This document shows positions 21,538-30,032 of a stretch of 64,000 nt of DNA, one piece after another. The notes under the pieces were generated by a model. It was not told the DNA's origin and did not search any database. It was given only the letters and a program-made list of their open reading frames with translations. The stretch's first letter is position 1; each line of letters starts with the position of its first letter. The translations under genes were made by a program, and so were the position numbers. Origin of the DNA: Chloroflexota bacterium (GTDB lineage Bacteria > Chloroflexota > Anaerolineae > Anaerolineales > Villigracilaceae). The stretch is taken from NCBI GenBank assembly GCA_043805815.1, contig JAZDHO010000160.1, forward strand, positions 204 through 64,203. Direction: 5' to 3'.

Positions 21538-22263
21538 ATGGCTCGTATTCAACTCGTCAGCCGTCTGCTCTTCCTGGCACCGCTCGCTATCGCTGCGTGC
21601 ACGCTTACCCTATTTCGGGCGCCCGTGCCGGCAGCAACCGCGCAGATCTCGCCGACCGCGGCAACCGACTCTGCGAATCTAGCTCCGACCTCCCTGCAAG
21701 CCAGCGCATCCGCTCCAACTGGTGATGCAACAGCCAGGAGCGCAGCCGCGCAGGCCGCGGCCACTTCCCCGTTCTGCGCGGATGAGCAGCCGCGAGCGCT
21801 GATCGCGAAGTTCAGGAGCGCAATCCTCGCCTCTGACAGCGCTGGCCTGGCCGCGCTGGTAAGCGCGGAGCATGGAGTCGATGCACGCCTGTTCAGGGAC
21901 GGCCGTGTGGTGAACTATGACCGCGAGCACGCGGCGGCGTTGTTTGCCTCCTCGTTCGCGGTCAATTGGGGAACGGCGCCAGGCAGCGGTTTGGCGACAA
22001 TTGGGTCATTTCAGGAGCTGCTGGTCCCCGACCTTCTTGATGTGCTGACCAAGAACTACGTGCTGAGCTGCAATGAGATTCGCGTCGGCGGCACGACCTA
22101 CACTGCGGCGTGGCCGCATACGGGCATCGACTACTATTCCATGCACTTCCCCGGTACCCCGGCTTCTGATGGTTTGGATTGGCACACGTGGCTGTTGGGC
22201 ATGCATTACGTGGGTGGCAACCCGTACTTGTACGCAATGATGCAATTCGAGTGGGAACCATAG
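21538..22263 (+). CDS. hypothetical lipoprotein
   Basis: 241 aa from MARIQLVSRLLFLAPLAIAAC (lipobox). RBS GGAAAGGA lies upstream. I recognise no family. Confidence 0.6.
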   Translation: MARIQLVSRLLFLAPLAIAACTLTLFRAPVPAATAQISPTAATDSANLAPTSLQASASAPTGDATARSAAAQAAATSPFCADEQPRALIAKFRSAILASDSAGLAALVSAEHGVDARLFRDGRVVNYDREHAAALFASSFAVNWGTAPGSGLATIGSFQELLVPDLLDVLTKNYVLSCNEIRVGGTTYTAAWPHTGIDYYSMHFPGTPASDGLDWHTWLLGMHYVGGNPYLYAMMQFEWEP

Positions 22264-22353
22264 GACATGAGGAAGGCAGCTTCTTTCGCGCCTTGCCATG
22301 AGGCGGTCCGCGGTCCAGCGCCAGATCGCAATGGTATACTCCCTTCGGATTCT

Positions 22354-22373
22354 TATTGCAACTTCTTGCAATA
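22354..22373. promoter_or_regulatory. palindromic operator TATTGCAA-N4-TTGCAATA (Fur-family/Nur-like box)
   Basis: Perfect 8-bp inverted repeat 10 nt upstream of the fur-family ATG and 14 nt downstream of a TATACT -10 hexamer (22335-22340). Confidence 0.55.
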
Positions 22374-22382
22374 GGTCGGCGA

Positions 22383-22811
22383 ATGAGCTGTTCATCCGAG
22401 TACGCCCCTCAGCTGCGGTCCCTCGGCTTCCGCGTGACATCGCAGCGGATGGCGATCCTGCATGTGCTTCTGCAGTCGGGCTCGCATCTCTCGCCGGCGC
22501 AAATCTTCCAGAGGGCCCGCCGCCGCACGCCGGGACTTGCACCGCCGACGGTCTATCGCACTCTGGAATTCCTGGCGCAGACTGGCGTGGTACAGGCTGC
22601 GCTCGACGCCCAAAAGCATGTTGTCTACCAGATTGCGCGGCGCGAGCATCACCACTTGCTGTGCAGTTCATGTGGCAGCGGCGTCGAGGTCGAGCACAAT
22701 CTGGTGCATGACCTCTATCGCCAACTGGAAACCCGGAGCGGGTACCGGTTTACGGCCAGCCACCTGACGCTGTTTGGACTGTGCCCGGCCTGTCAGGGAA
22801 GGGCCCACTAG
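22383..22811 (+). CDS. Fur-family metalloregulator (probably Ni/Co-responsive)
   Basis: 142 aa from MSCSSEY. Winged-helix RVTSQRMAILHVL...TVYRTLEFL. HHHLLC and CSSC...CPAC metal sites. Directly upstream of cbiMQO. Confidence 0.8.
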   Translation: MSCSSEYAPQLRSLGFRVTSQRMAILHVLLQSGSHLSPAQIFQRARRRTPGLAPPTVYRTLEFLAQTGVVQAALDAQKHVVYQIARREHHHLLCSSCGSGVEVEHNLVHDLYRQLETRSGYRFTASHLTLFGLCPACQGRAH

Positions 22812-22845
22812 CGGCCGACCGATGCTGCACTCCGCCGTTCCACCC

Positions 22846-23775
22846 ATGCACATACCAGACGGATTCCTCTCCACTGCCGTCGCGCTCGTCCTGTGGATCA
22901 TCTCGGTTGCATTGATCGGATATGCATTGAAGCGCGTGGGCCAGGATCTGGGTGAACGGCAGGTACCTGTAATGGGTGTCCTGGCAGCCGCGATCTTCGC
23001 CGGGCAGATGCTCAATTTCTCAATTACTGGAGGCACGTCCGGCCACCTCCTGGGCGCCGCGCTTGCCACCATCCTTCTGGGACCATGGGCGGCCGTGGTG
23101 GTGATGACGAGCGTGGGCAGTATCCAGGCCCTCATTTTCCAGGATGGCGGTTTGCTCTCCCTGGGGACAAACCTGTTCAACATGGCCCTGATTGGGGTTG
23201 CCGTGTCCCACTTCGCCTACACCAGCCTCAGAAAGCTTGTCCCTCCGAAGCCAGCTGGCGTATTCGTCGGCGGGGCATTGGCTGCTTGGCTTTCGATCGT
23301 GATCGCCTCGTTGGCCTGTGCGCTTGAGCTGGCCCTCTCGGGGACCTCGCCTGCCAATCTGGCCGTACCGGCGATGGCTGGCATCCATATGCTGATCGGC
23401 CTGGGTGAAGCGGCCATCACGGTTGGGGCGCTCGCATTCCTGTACACAGCGCGTCGCGATCTGCTTCGCTTGGGCGGGGACGCGCCGATGGGCAGCCCGG
23501 CCGTCTGGGTCGGAGGTGCCGCGATCTCGGCCGTCCTGGCGATCCTCTCCCCTCTAGCCTCAGCCGATCCTGATGGACTGGAATGGGTTGCCCAGCAGCA
23601 AGGATTCCTGGGAGCCGCCCGGGATCCGCTCTATGAGTTCATTCCGGACTACATATTCCCGGGTATTGCCAATGAGGCCCTGGCGACCATCCTGGCGGCG
23701 CTCGTTGGTGTGCTGCTGGTCTTCGGCACGTCCCTGGGCGCTGCCCACCTCCGCCGGACCAAGAGGTCTCAGTGA
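22846..23775 (+). CDS. cbiM: ECF transporter substrate-capture component CbiM/NikM with C-terminal PDGLE extension
   Basis: The conserved N-terminus MHIPDGFL favours the ATG at 22846 (alternative ATG at 22822). GGTSGHLLGAAL. The C-terminal ~90 aa contains DPDGLEW plus one TM, which is CbiN/PDGLE-like. Confidence 0.85.
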   Translation: MHIPDGFLSTAVALVLWIISVALIGYALKRVGQDLGERQVPVMGVLAAAIFAGQMLNFSITGGTSGHLLGAALATILLGPWAAVVVMTSVGSIQALIFQDGGLLSLGTNLFNMALIGVAVSHFAYTSLRKLVPPKPAGVFVGGALAAWLSIVIASLACALELALSGTSPANLAVPAMAGIHMLIGLGEAAITVGALAFLYTARRDLLRLGGDAPMGSPAVWVGGAAISAVLAILSPLASADPDGLEWVAQQQGFLGAARDPLYEFIPDYIFPGIANEALATILAALVGVLLVFGTSLGAAHLRRTKRSQ

Positions 23776-23843
23776 GGATTGCCGTCTCTTCGGAGGGCCA
23801 GCGCACCCCGGAACGCTGAGGCCTTGCGCTCCCGTTATCGCCG

Positions 23844-24650
23844 ATGCATATCCATTTTATCGATCCGTACCGTCCCCTGATCAGTCCCATCCACGCGCTC
23901 GACGTACGGGTCAAGTTCGTCCTGACACTGGCATTCATCATCACCTGTTCGCTCACCCCCTTCGCGGCCTGGCCGGCATATGTGCTCTTGTTTGGCATCG
24001 TTCTCTCCGTGGAGATCCTCTCTGGCCTGGGTATCTCTTATGTGATGCCGCGCGCCGCGCTGGCATTGCCCTTTGCGCTTGCCGCCTTCCCTGTCGTCTT
24101 TGGAACCGAAGGGCGGGTGATTTTCAGTCTGTCCTTTGGCGGTTCGTCCATTCCCGCCACCCTTGAGGGACTGGAACGGTTCATCAGCATCGTACTGAAA
24201 TCATGGCTTTCGGTCCAGGCGGCGATCGTGCTGGCTGCCTCCTCGCCGTTTCCCGAACTGCTTCAAGCCATGCGGGCGGTGGGCGTCCCGAAACTACTGG
24301 TGGCGATGTTCGGGCTGATGTGGCGATACCTGTTCGTGCTCGTGGACGAGGCGCTGCGCCTGCTGCGCGCCCGGGCGGCGCGTTCCGGCCACGGGGCACA
24401 GCCAGGCGTGAAACCTGGCGGAACTGTGTTGTGGCGAGCGCGGGTTGCCGGAGATATGACCGGCAGTCTCCTCCTGAGGGCTTTCGAACGCAGCGAGCGC
24501 ATCTATATGGCAATGCTGTCACGCGGCTACGACGGCGAGACTCGCAGCCTGCCGCGCCCATCGATCACGGTGCCGGCATGGTTCATCCTGATTGCCGGCC
24601 TGGTTTTGTGCCTGTTCGTATTGCTGCTCGGGCTATCATTCCGTCGCTAG
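23844..24650 (+). CDS. cbiQ: ECF transporter transmembrane (T) component CbiQ
   Basis: 268 aa. IHALDVRVKF..., and ARAARSG...ERIYMAMLSRGY, typical of CbiQ. Confidence 0.85.
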   Translation: MHIHFIDPYRPLISPIHALDVRVKFVLTLAFIITCSLTPFAAWPAYVLLFGIVLSVEILSGLGISYVMPRAALALPFALAAFPVVFGTEGRVIFSLSFGGSSIPATLEGLERFISIVLKSWLSVQAAIVLAASSPFPELLQAMRAVGVPKLLVAMFGLMWRYLFVLVDEALRLLRARAARSGHGAQPGVKPGGTVLWRARVAGDMTGSLLLRAFERSERIYMAMLSRGYDGETRSLPRPSITVPAWFILIAGLVLCLFVLLLGLSFRR

Positions 24651-24654
24651 TCCC

Positions 24655-25365
24655 ATGCACCATTCTATTGAGATCGACTCCCTGTCCTTTTCGTACCCTG
24701 ACGGCCATTCGGCTTTGAGGAATGTCTCGCTGAGGATCTCGCCAGGGGAGAAGGTGGCGCTCGTTGGCCCAAACGGGGCGGGCAAGACCACGCTCATCCT
24801 GCACCTCAACGGCATCCTTGCTGGAACGGGGCAAGTAGCGGTCTGCGGCCTGCCGGTGGTACCGGCGAACCTGGGGCGCGTGCGGGGCGCGGTGGGGATG
24901 GTCTTCCAAAACCCGGATGACCAGCTCTTCTCCCCCACCGTCTTCGATGACGTCGCGTTTGGGCCGATCTACCAGGGATTGGCAGCGGACAAGGTGGAGG
25001 CCCGCGTCAGGGCGGCTCTGGCCGCAGTGCGCATGGAATCCTACGCCGAGCGCGTCTCCCACCACCTGAGCATGGGCGAGAAGAAAAGCATCGCCATTGC
25101 AGCCGTGCTCTCGATGGAGCCTGAGGTGTTGGTGCTGGACGAGCCAACCGCCGGCCTGGATCCGCGCACCCGGCGCATGTTGATCAACCGACTCCGCGCG
25201 TTGCCGATGACGATGCTGGTCTCAAGTCATGATCTGGCTATGGTGCGCCAGGCCTTTCCGCGCATGGTCATTATGGACGAAGGCACGATCGTGGCCGACG
25301 GGCGCTCCTCGGAGCTCCTTGCCAATGAGGCCCTGCTGGAGGCCCACGGACTCGAGATGCTATGA
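24655..25365 (+). CDS. cbiO: ECF transporter ATPase CbiO
   Basis: Start at MHHSIEIDSL. Walker A GPNGAGKTT, signature LSMGEKK, Walker B VLVLDEPTAGLD. Confidence 0.9.
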   Translation: MHHSIEIDSLSFSYPDGHSALRNVSLRISPGEKVALVGPNGAGKTTLILHLNGILAGTGQVAVCGLPVVPANLGRVRGAVGMVFQNPDDQLFSPTVFDDVAFGPIYQGLAADKVEARVRAALAAVRMESYAERVSHHLSMGEKKSIAIAAVLSMEPEVLVLDEPTAGLDPRTRRMLINRLRALPMTMLVSSHDLAMVRQAFPRMVIMDEGTIVADGRSSELLANEALLEAHGLEML

Positions 25366-25493
25366 ACCGATCGTTTCCTTCCTGAAAGAAGCCTCCTCCC
25401 CGCGACAACAAAGCTCGTGGGTCACCTGGGCTTGGCACCCGGCATGCAAGACGAGCACACGTTGTGCTCCTCAACCCGCCACCATGACATGCG

Positions 25494-25527
25494 AAGAGAC
25501 GCTTCCGCAAATTCGGAAGCGTCTCTT
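25494..25527. terminator. perfect 14-bp hairpin between convergent cbiO and metK
   Basis: AAGAGACGCTTCCG-CAAATT-CGGAAGCGTCTCTT. There is no clear U-tract on either side. Confidence 0.5.
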
Positions 25528-25549
25528 GGTCCAAAGGTCGCAAACGGAT

Positions 25550-26761
25550 TCAAACCCCCGCGGCTTTTCTCAGCGCGTTTGCCTTGTCTGTGTTTTCCCA
25601 GGGGAACTGTATGTCGTCCCTCCCAAAGTGCCCGTAGGCGGCTGTCTTCCTGTATATCGGTTTGCGCAGCCCCAGATCTCGAATGATCGCTCCAGGGCGG
25701 AGATCGAACTGTCCAACGACCAGATCCGCGATCTTTGAGTCGGGGATCTTCCCCGTGCCGAATGTCTCGACGTTGACCGAGAGCGGATGAGCGACGCCGA
25801 TGGCGTACGCCACCTGGATCTCGACGCGCTCGGCCAGCTCAGCGGCGACGACATTCTTCGCGGCGTAACGCGCTGCGTATGCGGCGGAGCGATCGACTTT
25901 GGTGGGATCCTTGCCGCTGAAGGCGCCCCCGCCGTGACGTCCCATGCCACCGTATGTATCCACGATGATCTTGCGTCCGGTGACACCCGCATCACCCTGC
26001 GGCCCGCCGATCACGAATCGGCCGGTGGGATTAACAAAGACCTTGAGGTCCTTGTCGACCATGCCCTCCGGCATGGACGGCAAGATCACGTGCTCCATCA
26101 CCTGCTCGCGGATATCGGCCTGTGAGATCTCCGGTGCGTGCTGCGTGCTCACCAGGACCGTGTCGATGCGTCTCGGCCTCCCCTTGGAGTATTCCACGGT
26201 CACCTGGCTCTTACCGTCCGGCCGCAGCCACAGCAAGGTGCCATCTTTGCGCAGCTCGGCCAGGCGACGGCTGAGCTTGTGGGCCAGGTAGATCGGCATC
26301 GGCATAAGTTGCGAAGTCTCATTGCAGGCGAACCCAAACATCATCCCCTGGTCGCCCGCCCCGATCGCCTCGACCTCAGCCTCGGTCATTTCCCCAGTCT
26401 TGGCTTCAAGCGCCTTATCCACACCCATGGCAATATCGCCGGATTGCTTGGCAATGGCAACCAGGACGCCGCATGTGTTCCCGTCCAGGCCTTTGGCTGA
26501 GTCATCATAGCCAATCTCCAGAATGGTCTGGCGTACGAGGTCATCAAAATTGATGTGGGCCTGAGTCGTGATCTCGCCGAGCAGCATCACGTATCCGGTC
26601 TTGGTGGCGGTTTCACACGCCACGCGCGATGCCGGATCCTGCTCGAGGCATGCGTCCAGCACCGCGTCAGAGATCTGATCGCACAGTTTGTCTGGGTGCC
26701 CCTCTGTGACGGACTCTGACGTGAACATCAGCTTGGAAGATGTCATGAAAGTCGTGCTCAT
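25550..26761 (-). CDS. metK: S-adenosylmethionine synthase
   Basis: [52 protein letters not shown] trimmed the start to ATG 26761 (MSTTFMTSS...) because the track start at 26806 lies inside the riboswitch terminator. Confidence 0.93.
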   Translation of the reverse strand: MSTTFMTSSKLMFTSESVTEGHPDKLCDQISDAVLDACLEQDPASRVACETATKTGYVMLLGEITTQAHINFDDLVRQTILEIGYDDSAKGLDGNTCGVLVAIAKQSGDIAMGVDKALEAKTGEMTEAEVEAIGAGDQGMMFGFACNETSQLMPMPIYLAHKLSRRLAELRKDGTLLWLRPDGKSQVTVEYSKGRPRRIDTVLVSTQHAPEISQADIREQVMEHVILPSMPEGMVDKDLKVFVNPTGRFVIGGPQGDAGVTGRKIIVDTYGGMGRHGGGAFSGKDPTKVDRSAAYAARYAAKNVVAAELAERVEIQVAYAIGVAHPLSVNVETFGTGKIPDSKIADLVVGQFDLRPGAIIRDLGLRKPIYRKTAAYGHFGRDDIQFPWENTDKANALRKAAGV

Positions 26762-26780
26762 GTTTGCGTTGATCCTTTCG

Positions 26781-26816
26781 AAAAATGAAATTGCCCTTCC
26801 GGTCACGAAAGGGCAA
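26781..26816 (-). terminator. SAM-I riboswitch expression-platform terminator
   Basis: Minus strand reads TTGCCCTTTCGTGACCGGAAGGGCAA followed by TTTCATTTTT. Confidence 0.75.
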
Positions 26817-26837
26817 TTGGAGCGTCAGGCACGGCTG

Positions 26838-26985
26838 CCCTCTCATCTTCCAGAACGTCCTTCTGTCGGAATTGGCACCTTGGCTCAGTCAGGTTTTCGA
26901 ACACGCAACGTGCCCGCATTCGCTGGCTAACCCAGGTTGTCGAGGCATCACAGGGCCGGTCCCTCCGCCTCTCTGGATAAGAGTG
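26838..26985 (-). promoter_or_regulatory. SAM-I (S-box) riboswitch aptamer
   Basis: Minus strand reads CTCTTATCCAGAGAGGCGGAGGGACCGGCCCTGTGATGCCTCGACAACC...GGTGCCAATTCCGACAGAAGG...GGAAGATGAGAGG. This matches the conserved S-box cores and has an enlarged P3 insert. Confidence 0.85.
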
Positions 26986-27012
26986 CCGATCAAGGCTATT
27001 CGATTGTGCAGG

Positions 27013-27041
27013 ATATTACCACAGGTACCATGGTACGTCAA
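27013..27041 (-). promoter_or_regulatory. promoter of the SAM-I/metK unit
   Basis: Minus strand reads TTGACG (27041-27036), 17 nt spacer, TAATAT (27018-27013). Confidence 0.6.
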
Positions 27042-27072
27042 TTGATCGACCCGCCTCAGCAGACGGGGCGTG

Positions 27073-28329
27073 TCACGGGCTGCAGCCGGTCAGATCGTAA
27101 CTGGGGGCGATGAAATCGTTGATCGCACGCTCGGCATCGCAATAACGCGGGTGAACGCTCAGGGCCTTGTTCCAGGCTGCCCCGGCCCCCTCGACGTCCC
27201 CCTTGCGCAGCAGCCCATAACCATGCCACAGCAGTGCCTCTTCAGAATACTGTCCGTTAATGACCTTGTAGGTGTTCTCAGTGAGTTGCAGCAGGTAGTC
27301 GATGTGATCGGCATTATAGTATGCGACAAATGGCCAGAATTGATAACGCGTCATCCGTTGGGGCAGCCCGATCGTGAACGAGGTGTCGAACGCCTGGGCG
27401 GCCTCCTGATACCGCTCAAAATAGACCAGGGCGCTCCCGAAGTTGAACCACGCAAATGCATCCCCTGGATCTGTCGTAGTCGCTTCCTGCGCAATGGTCA
27501 GGGCCTTCTGCCGGTTGGCGTCCGGATCCCAATTCTCTCCCAGGATAGAAGCCACCTCAGCCTCATCCTCGGGGAGGTAGATGAGCATATACAGGTAGTT
27601 GAAGGGCTTCCAGTTTTCCATCAGCAGGTCGTATGGGATCATCTTGTCCGGGCCGCGCAGCGGGTCATGCGCGGTGATGGTCATGGTCGCGTCGTCGTAG
27701 GCGGTGACGATCAGGTAGTGCGCTGCCCAAAGATCATCGGAGGGGCCCATGGCGTCCTGTGGATCTATGGTTGTGGCCGCTTCAATGATGACCGGGTAGT
27801 TTGCGGCAATCAGCCGTCTTAGGAGCTGAACGTCGCCCGCAACGCGGTACTCCGCGCGCAGCCATCCGGCTTCATTCAGGACGTAGTAGCGCAGCTCCTC
27901 GGGGTTTACGTTGCGGTCCTTGTCGATCGGCTTGATGATCCTCGCAATGTCGTACTGGTCCCCCTCCCAACCATACATGCGCAGGGTCATCGCCAGAGTT
28001 GCAGGTCCGCAGTTATTGATGCCCTGGCGCTCATACTCCGGCGCGGGCAGCGAGACCTGTGCTGGAAGCGCACGCTCGGTCGTACTCGGTACCACGGGCG
28101 CCTGCGAGGTGGGATATGGCGGAAGCGCATTGAGGCTGGGGAGCGGAGTCGACGGCACTGGAGTCGGCATCGGACCCACAGGATCGACCACGTTCCTCAG
28201 GTACGTGCTCCAGACCTCGTACCGCCATCCGACGCGGCTCTTGACGCCTGGAAGCTGCGAAAGCAGGGCGCTCGCGAGCAGCAGGAGGCCCAGGCTGGCA
28301 AGGATCGTCCGGCGGCGAGTGCGAAACAT
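27073..28329 (-). CDS. membrane-anchored C39-like (papain-fold) peptidase domain protein with C-terminal TPR repeats
   Basis: 418 aa. N-terminal anchor ILASLGLLLLASALL, a Pro-rich linker, QGINNCGPATLAMTL (catalytic Cys context), AAHYLIVTAYDD (His), then TPR-like helices. Confidence 0.65.
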   Translation of the reverse strand: MFRTRRRTILASLGLLLLASALLSQLPGVKSRVGWRYEVWSTYLRNVVDPVGPMPTPVPSTPLPSLNALPPYPTSQAPVVPSTTERALPAQVSLPAPEYERQGINNCGPATLAMTLRMYGWEGDQYDIARIIKPIDKDRNVNPEELRYYVLNEAGWLRAEYRVAGDVQLLRRLIAANYPVIIEAATTIDPQDAMGPSDDLWAAHYLIVTAYDDATMTITAHDPLRGPDKMIPYDLLMENWKPFNYLYMLIYLPEDEAEVASILGENWDPDANRQKALTIAQEATTTDPGDAFAWFNFGSALVYFERYQEAAQAFDTSFTIGLPQRMTRYQFWPFVAYYNADHIDYLLQLTENTYKVINGQYSEEALLWHGYGLLRKGDVEGAGAAWNKALSVHPRYCDAERAINDFIAPSYDLTGCSP

Positions 28330-28419
28330 GGCGAGGAGTGTATCAAGAGCGGATGAGCGAATTCTTATGTGCCTTGCCGAGGATCGCCAAGGGCACTTCA
28401 GTGGACGTACTGTAATGGG

Positions 28420-29439
28420 CTAGCCGCTTCGATGCTCGGACTGGTGCCGCCCACGCTGGACCGTGCCATCACGAACGCGTTCGAGGAGTTGGTGGACGGG
28501 CTTCAGGCTGGCAACGTCCACGGCAAGGTTCCTTGTTTTCGTCTTACTGAACTGAAAGACGCGCCGGCCCTCGGGGATGAGTCTGGCGCGCATTCGGAAC
28601 TGCTCAAGGGTGATCCATCCAAGCAGGCAGATGTCCTTCCCGTCTAGCCATGCGTCTTGCCAGTCCCCTGGGCCGATAAGGTGAGTTTCCCCGCGCGACG
28701 GCGAGTGGATGCCGATGCGGCCGTCAGGCCGCGCATGGGCATGCAAATGGGAAAGAGCATGGAAAGATGCATCCACTTCCACACGCTGGGCTGGCGGAAG
28801 CCCGACGACGAGGTCGAGCTGGGTCCCAGAGCCGTCCTGCCCGGAAAGCTCCAGCGAGACGGTGCCCGACGAATCCGATTTTAGTGCCAGCGGGCCCAGC
28901 GGCGCCCACGTCTGTGGCCGCATCCATGACGGAGGCATACCGTGGATCCAGAATGTCCTACCGCCAGGCAAGGTAGCAGTTCGCGTGCCAGCGCGACCAC
29001 CCGCAACCAGGCCGCTCACGAGGGCGAACAAGTACAAACCATCCCCCAACACTTCCTCGGCCGCATGTCGATCCGCCGGAACCAGCGCGGGCGCGCGCAG
29101 TGCCAGGCCAGGATCTGCAGCCAAGGCGTCGATCTCCAGCGGCCGTGAGATGAGGAACGACTTGAGCTCGCAACGGCGGCCGGCGAGATCAAGGTCGTAT
29201 CGATCGGGATCCGAGAACGGCACGGCAGCCTGCACCGCATACGAGATGCCTTCAGCGCTGAGGTGGCGTCGAAACGCCAGCTGCAGCGCGGTCGCCGCCA
29301 CGGCGCGCCGCACGGTGTCATACAACCCGCGCCCCGCGGGGCTGTGCAGACGCGGCAACACACGGCGGGCATAGTGGATGCCGGCCTCGGTGAGATCCGG
29401 CGTGTACGGCAGGTGGACGAAATCGCGGGCAGAGATCAT
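28420..29439 (-). CDS. orphan protein with PD-(D/E)XK-like motif (candidate endonuclease)
   Basis: 339 aa from MISARDF. Its ATG overlaps the upstream stop as ATGA (29436-29439). Motif SDPDRYDLDLAGRRCELKSF. No other family signature recognised. Confidence 0.55.
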   Translation of the reverse strand: MISARDFVHLPYTPDLTEAGIHYARRVLPRLHSPAGRGLYDTVRRAVAATALQLAFRRHLSAEGISYAVQAAVPFSDPDRYDLDLAGRRCELKSFLISRPLEIDALAADPGLALRAPALVPADRHAAEEVLGDGLYLFALVSGLVAGGRAGTRTATLPGGRTFWIHGMPPSWMRPQTWAPLGPLALKSDSSGTVSLELSGQDGSGTQLDLVVGLPPAQRVEVDASFHALSHLHAHARPDGRIGIHSPSRGETHLIGPGDWQDAWLDGKDICLLGWITLEQFRMRARLIPEGRRVFQFSKTKTRNLAVDVASLKPVHQLLERVRDGTVQRGRHQSEHRSG

Positions 29440-30032
29440 CGAGTCGAGAGCGCTGTGTGGCTGATTGCCGGAGCCAGCAGCCTCCTGCATGGCATCCCGA
29501 CGGCCAAAAACGCGGCGCTCTCCGCAATTCGAAGCACGCTCGCCCAATTGCGCCGAACGGATTTGCCTGTCAGGGCGAAGTATGCCTGCAGCAAAATCGG
29601 GGGGTAGGCCAGACGGTCGGGTCGGAATGTATCAAACAGCAGGAACTTGACATGGAATAGCGAAAACCCCGTGATGAGCGCCGCAACCCAGGCCCCGCGC
29701 GCCGAGCGCGTGTACCAGCGGGTGAACAGGAATACCGCCAGCAACTGCGCGGCCGAACCGAAATACGCCAGGGCGGCGAATCCGCCCTCGATCGGGAGCT
29801 GCAGAACAAGAGATGCCCCGCGCGCGAGCATGGGGGTCAAGTACCGGTATGCAAAGGGGCTCGCCGCGGGGCCCGCAAAGCCATGTTCGGCGATTGCGAT
29901 GTAGTAACGAAAGTCCCAGGAGAATCGCTGCATGTCGATGGAGTTCGTGAACAGATCGATGACCGTGACCAGGACCAGAGCGGCCGCGGGCGCTCCCACC
30001 AATTGACTCGCGGACTTCCTGGTGTCAGTCAC
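29436..30032 (-). CDS. polytopic membrane protein (198 aa), function unknown
   Basis: GTG start overlapping the methyltransferase stop (GTGA at 30029-30032). About 5 hydrophobic helices. SWDFRYYIAIAEHGF...PFAYRYLTP resembles the N-termini of GT-C/DUF2029-type proteins, but it is much shorter. Confidence 0.5.
   Translation of the reverse strand: MTDTRKSASQLVGAPAAALVLVTVIDLFTNSIDMQRFSWDFRYYIAIAEHGFAGPAASPFAYRYLTPMLARGASLVLQLPIEGGFAALAYFGSAAQLLAVFLFTRWYTRSARGAWVAALITGFSLFHVKFLLFDTFRPDRLAYPPILLQAYFALTGKSVRRNWASVLRIAESAAFLAVGMPCRRLLAPAISHTALSTR

Noticed and set aside
22356-22382. TTG start at 22356 for the fur-family gene, as in the track
   Set aside because: That codon lies inside the palindromic operator. 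The ATG at 22383 gives a normal-length Fur-family N-terminus.
26762-26806. N-terminal 15 codons of the track's 418-aa metK ORF
   Set aside because: They overlap the riboswitch terminator hairpin and U-tract. The conserved MetK N-terminus begins after the ATG at 26761.
29440-29547. N-terminal 36 codons of the 375-aa track ORF
   Set aside because: They overlap the upstream membrane-protein gene. The internal ATG at 29439 forms an ATGA stop/start junction, a much more typical arrangement.
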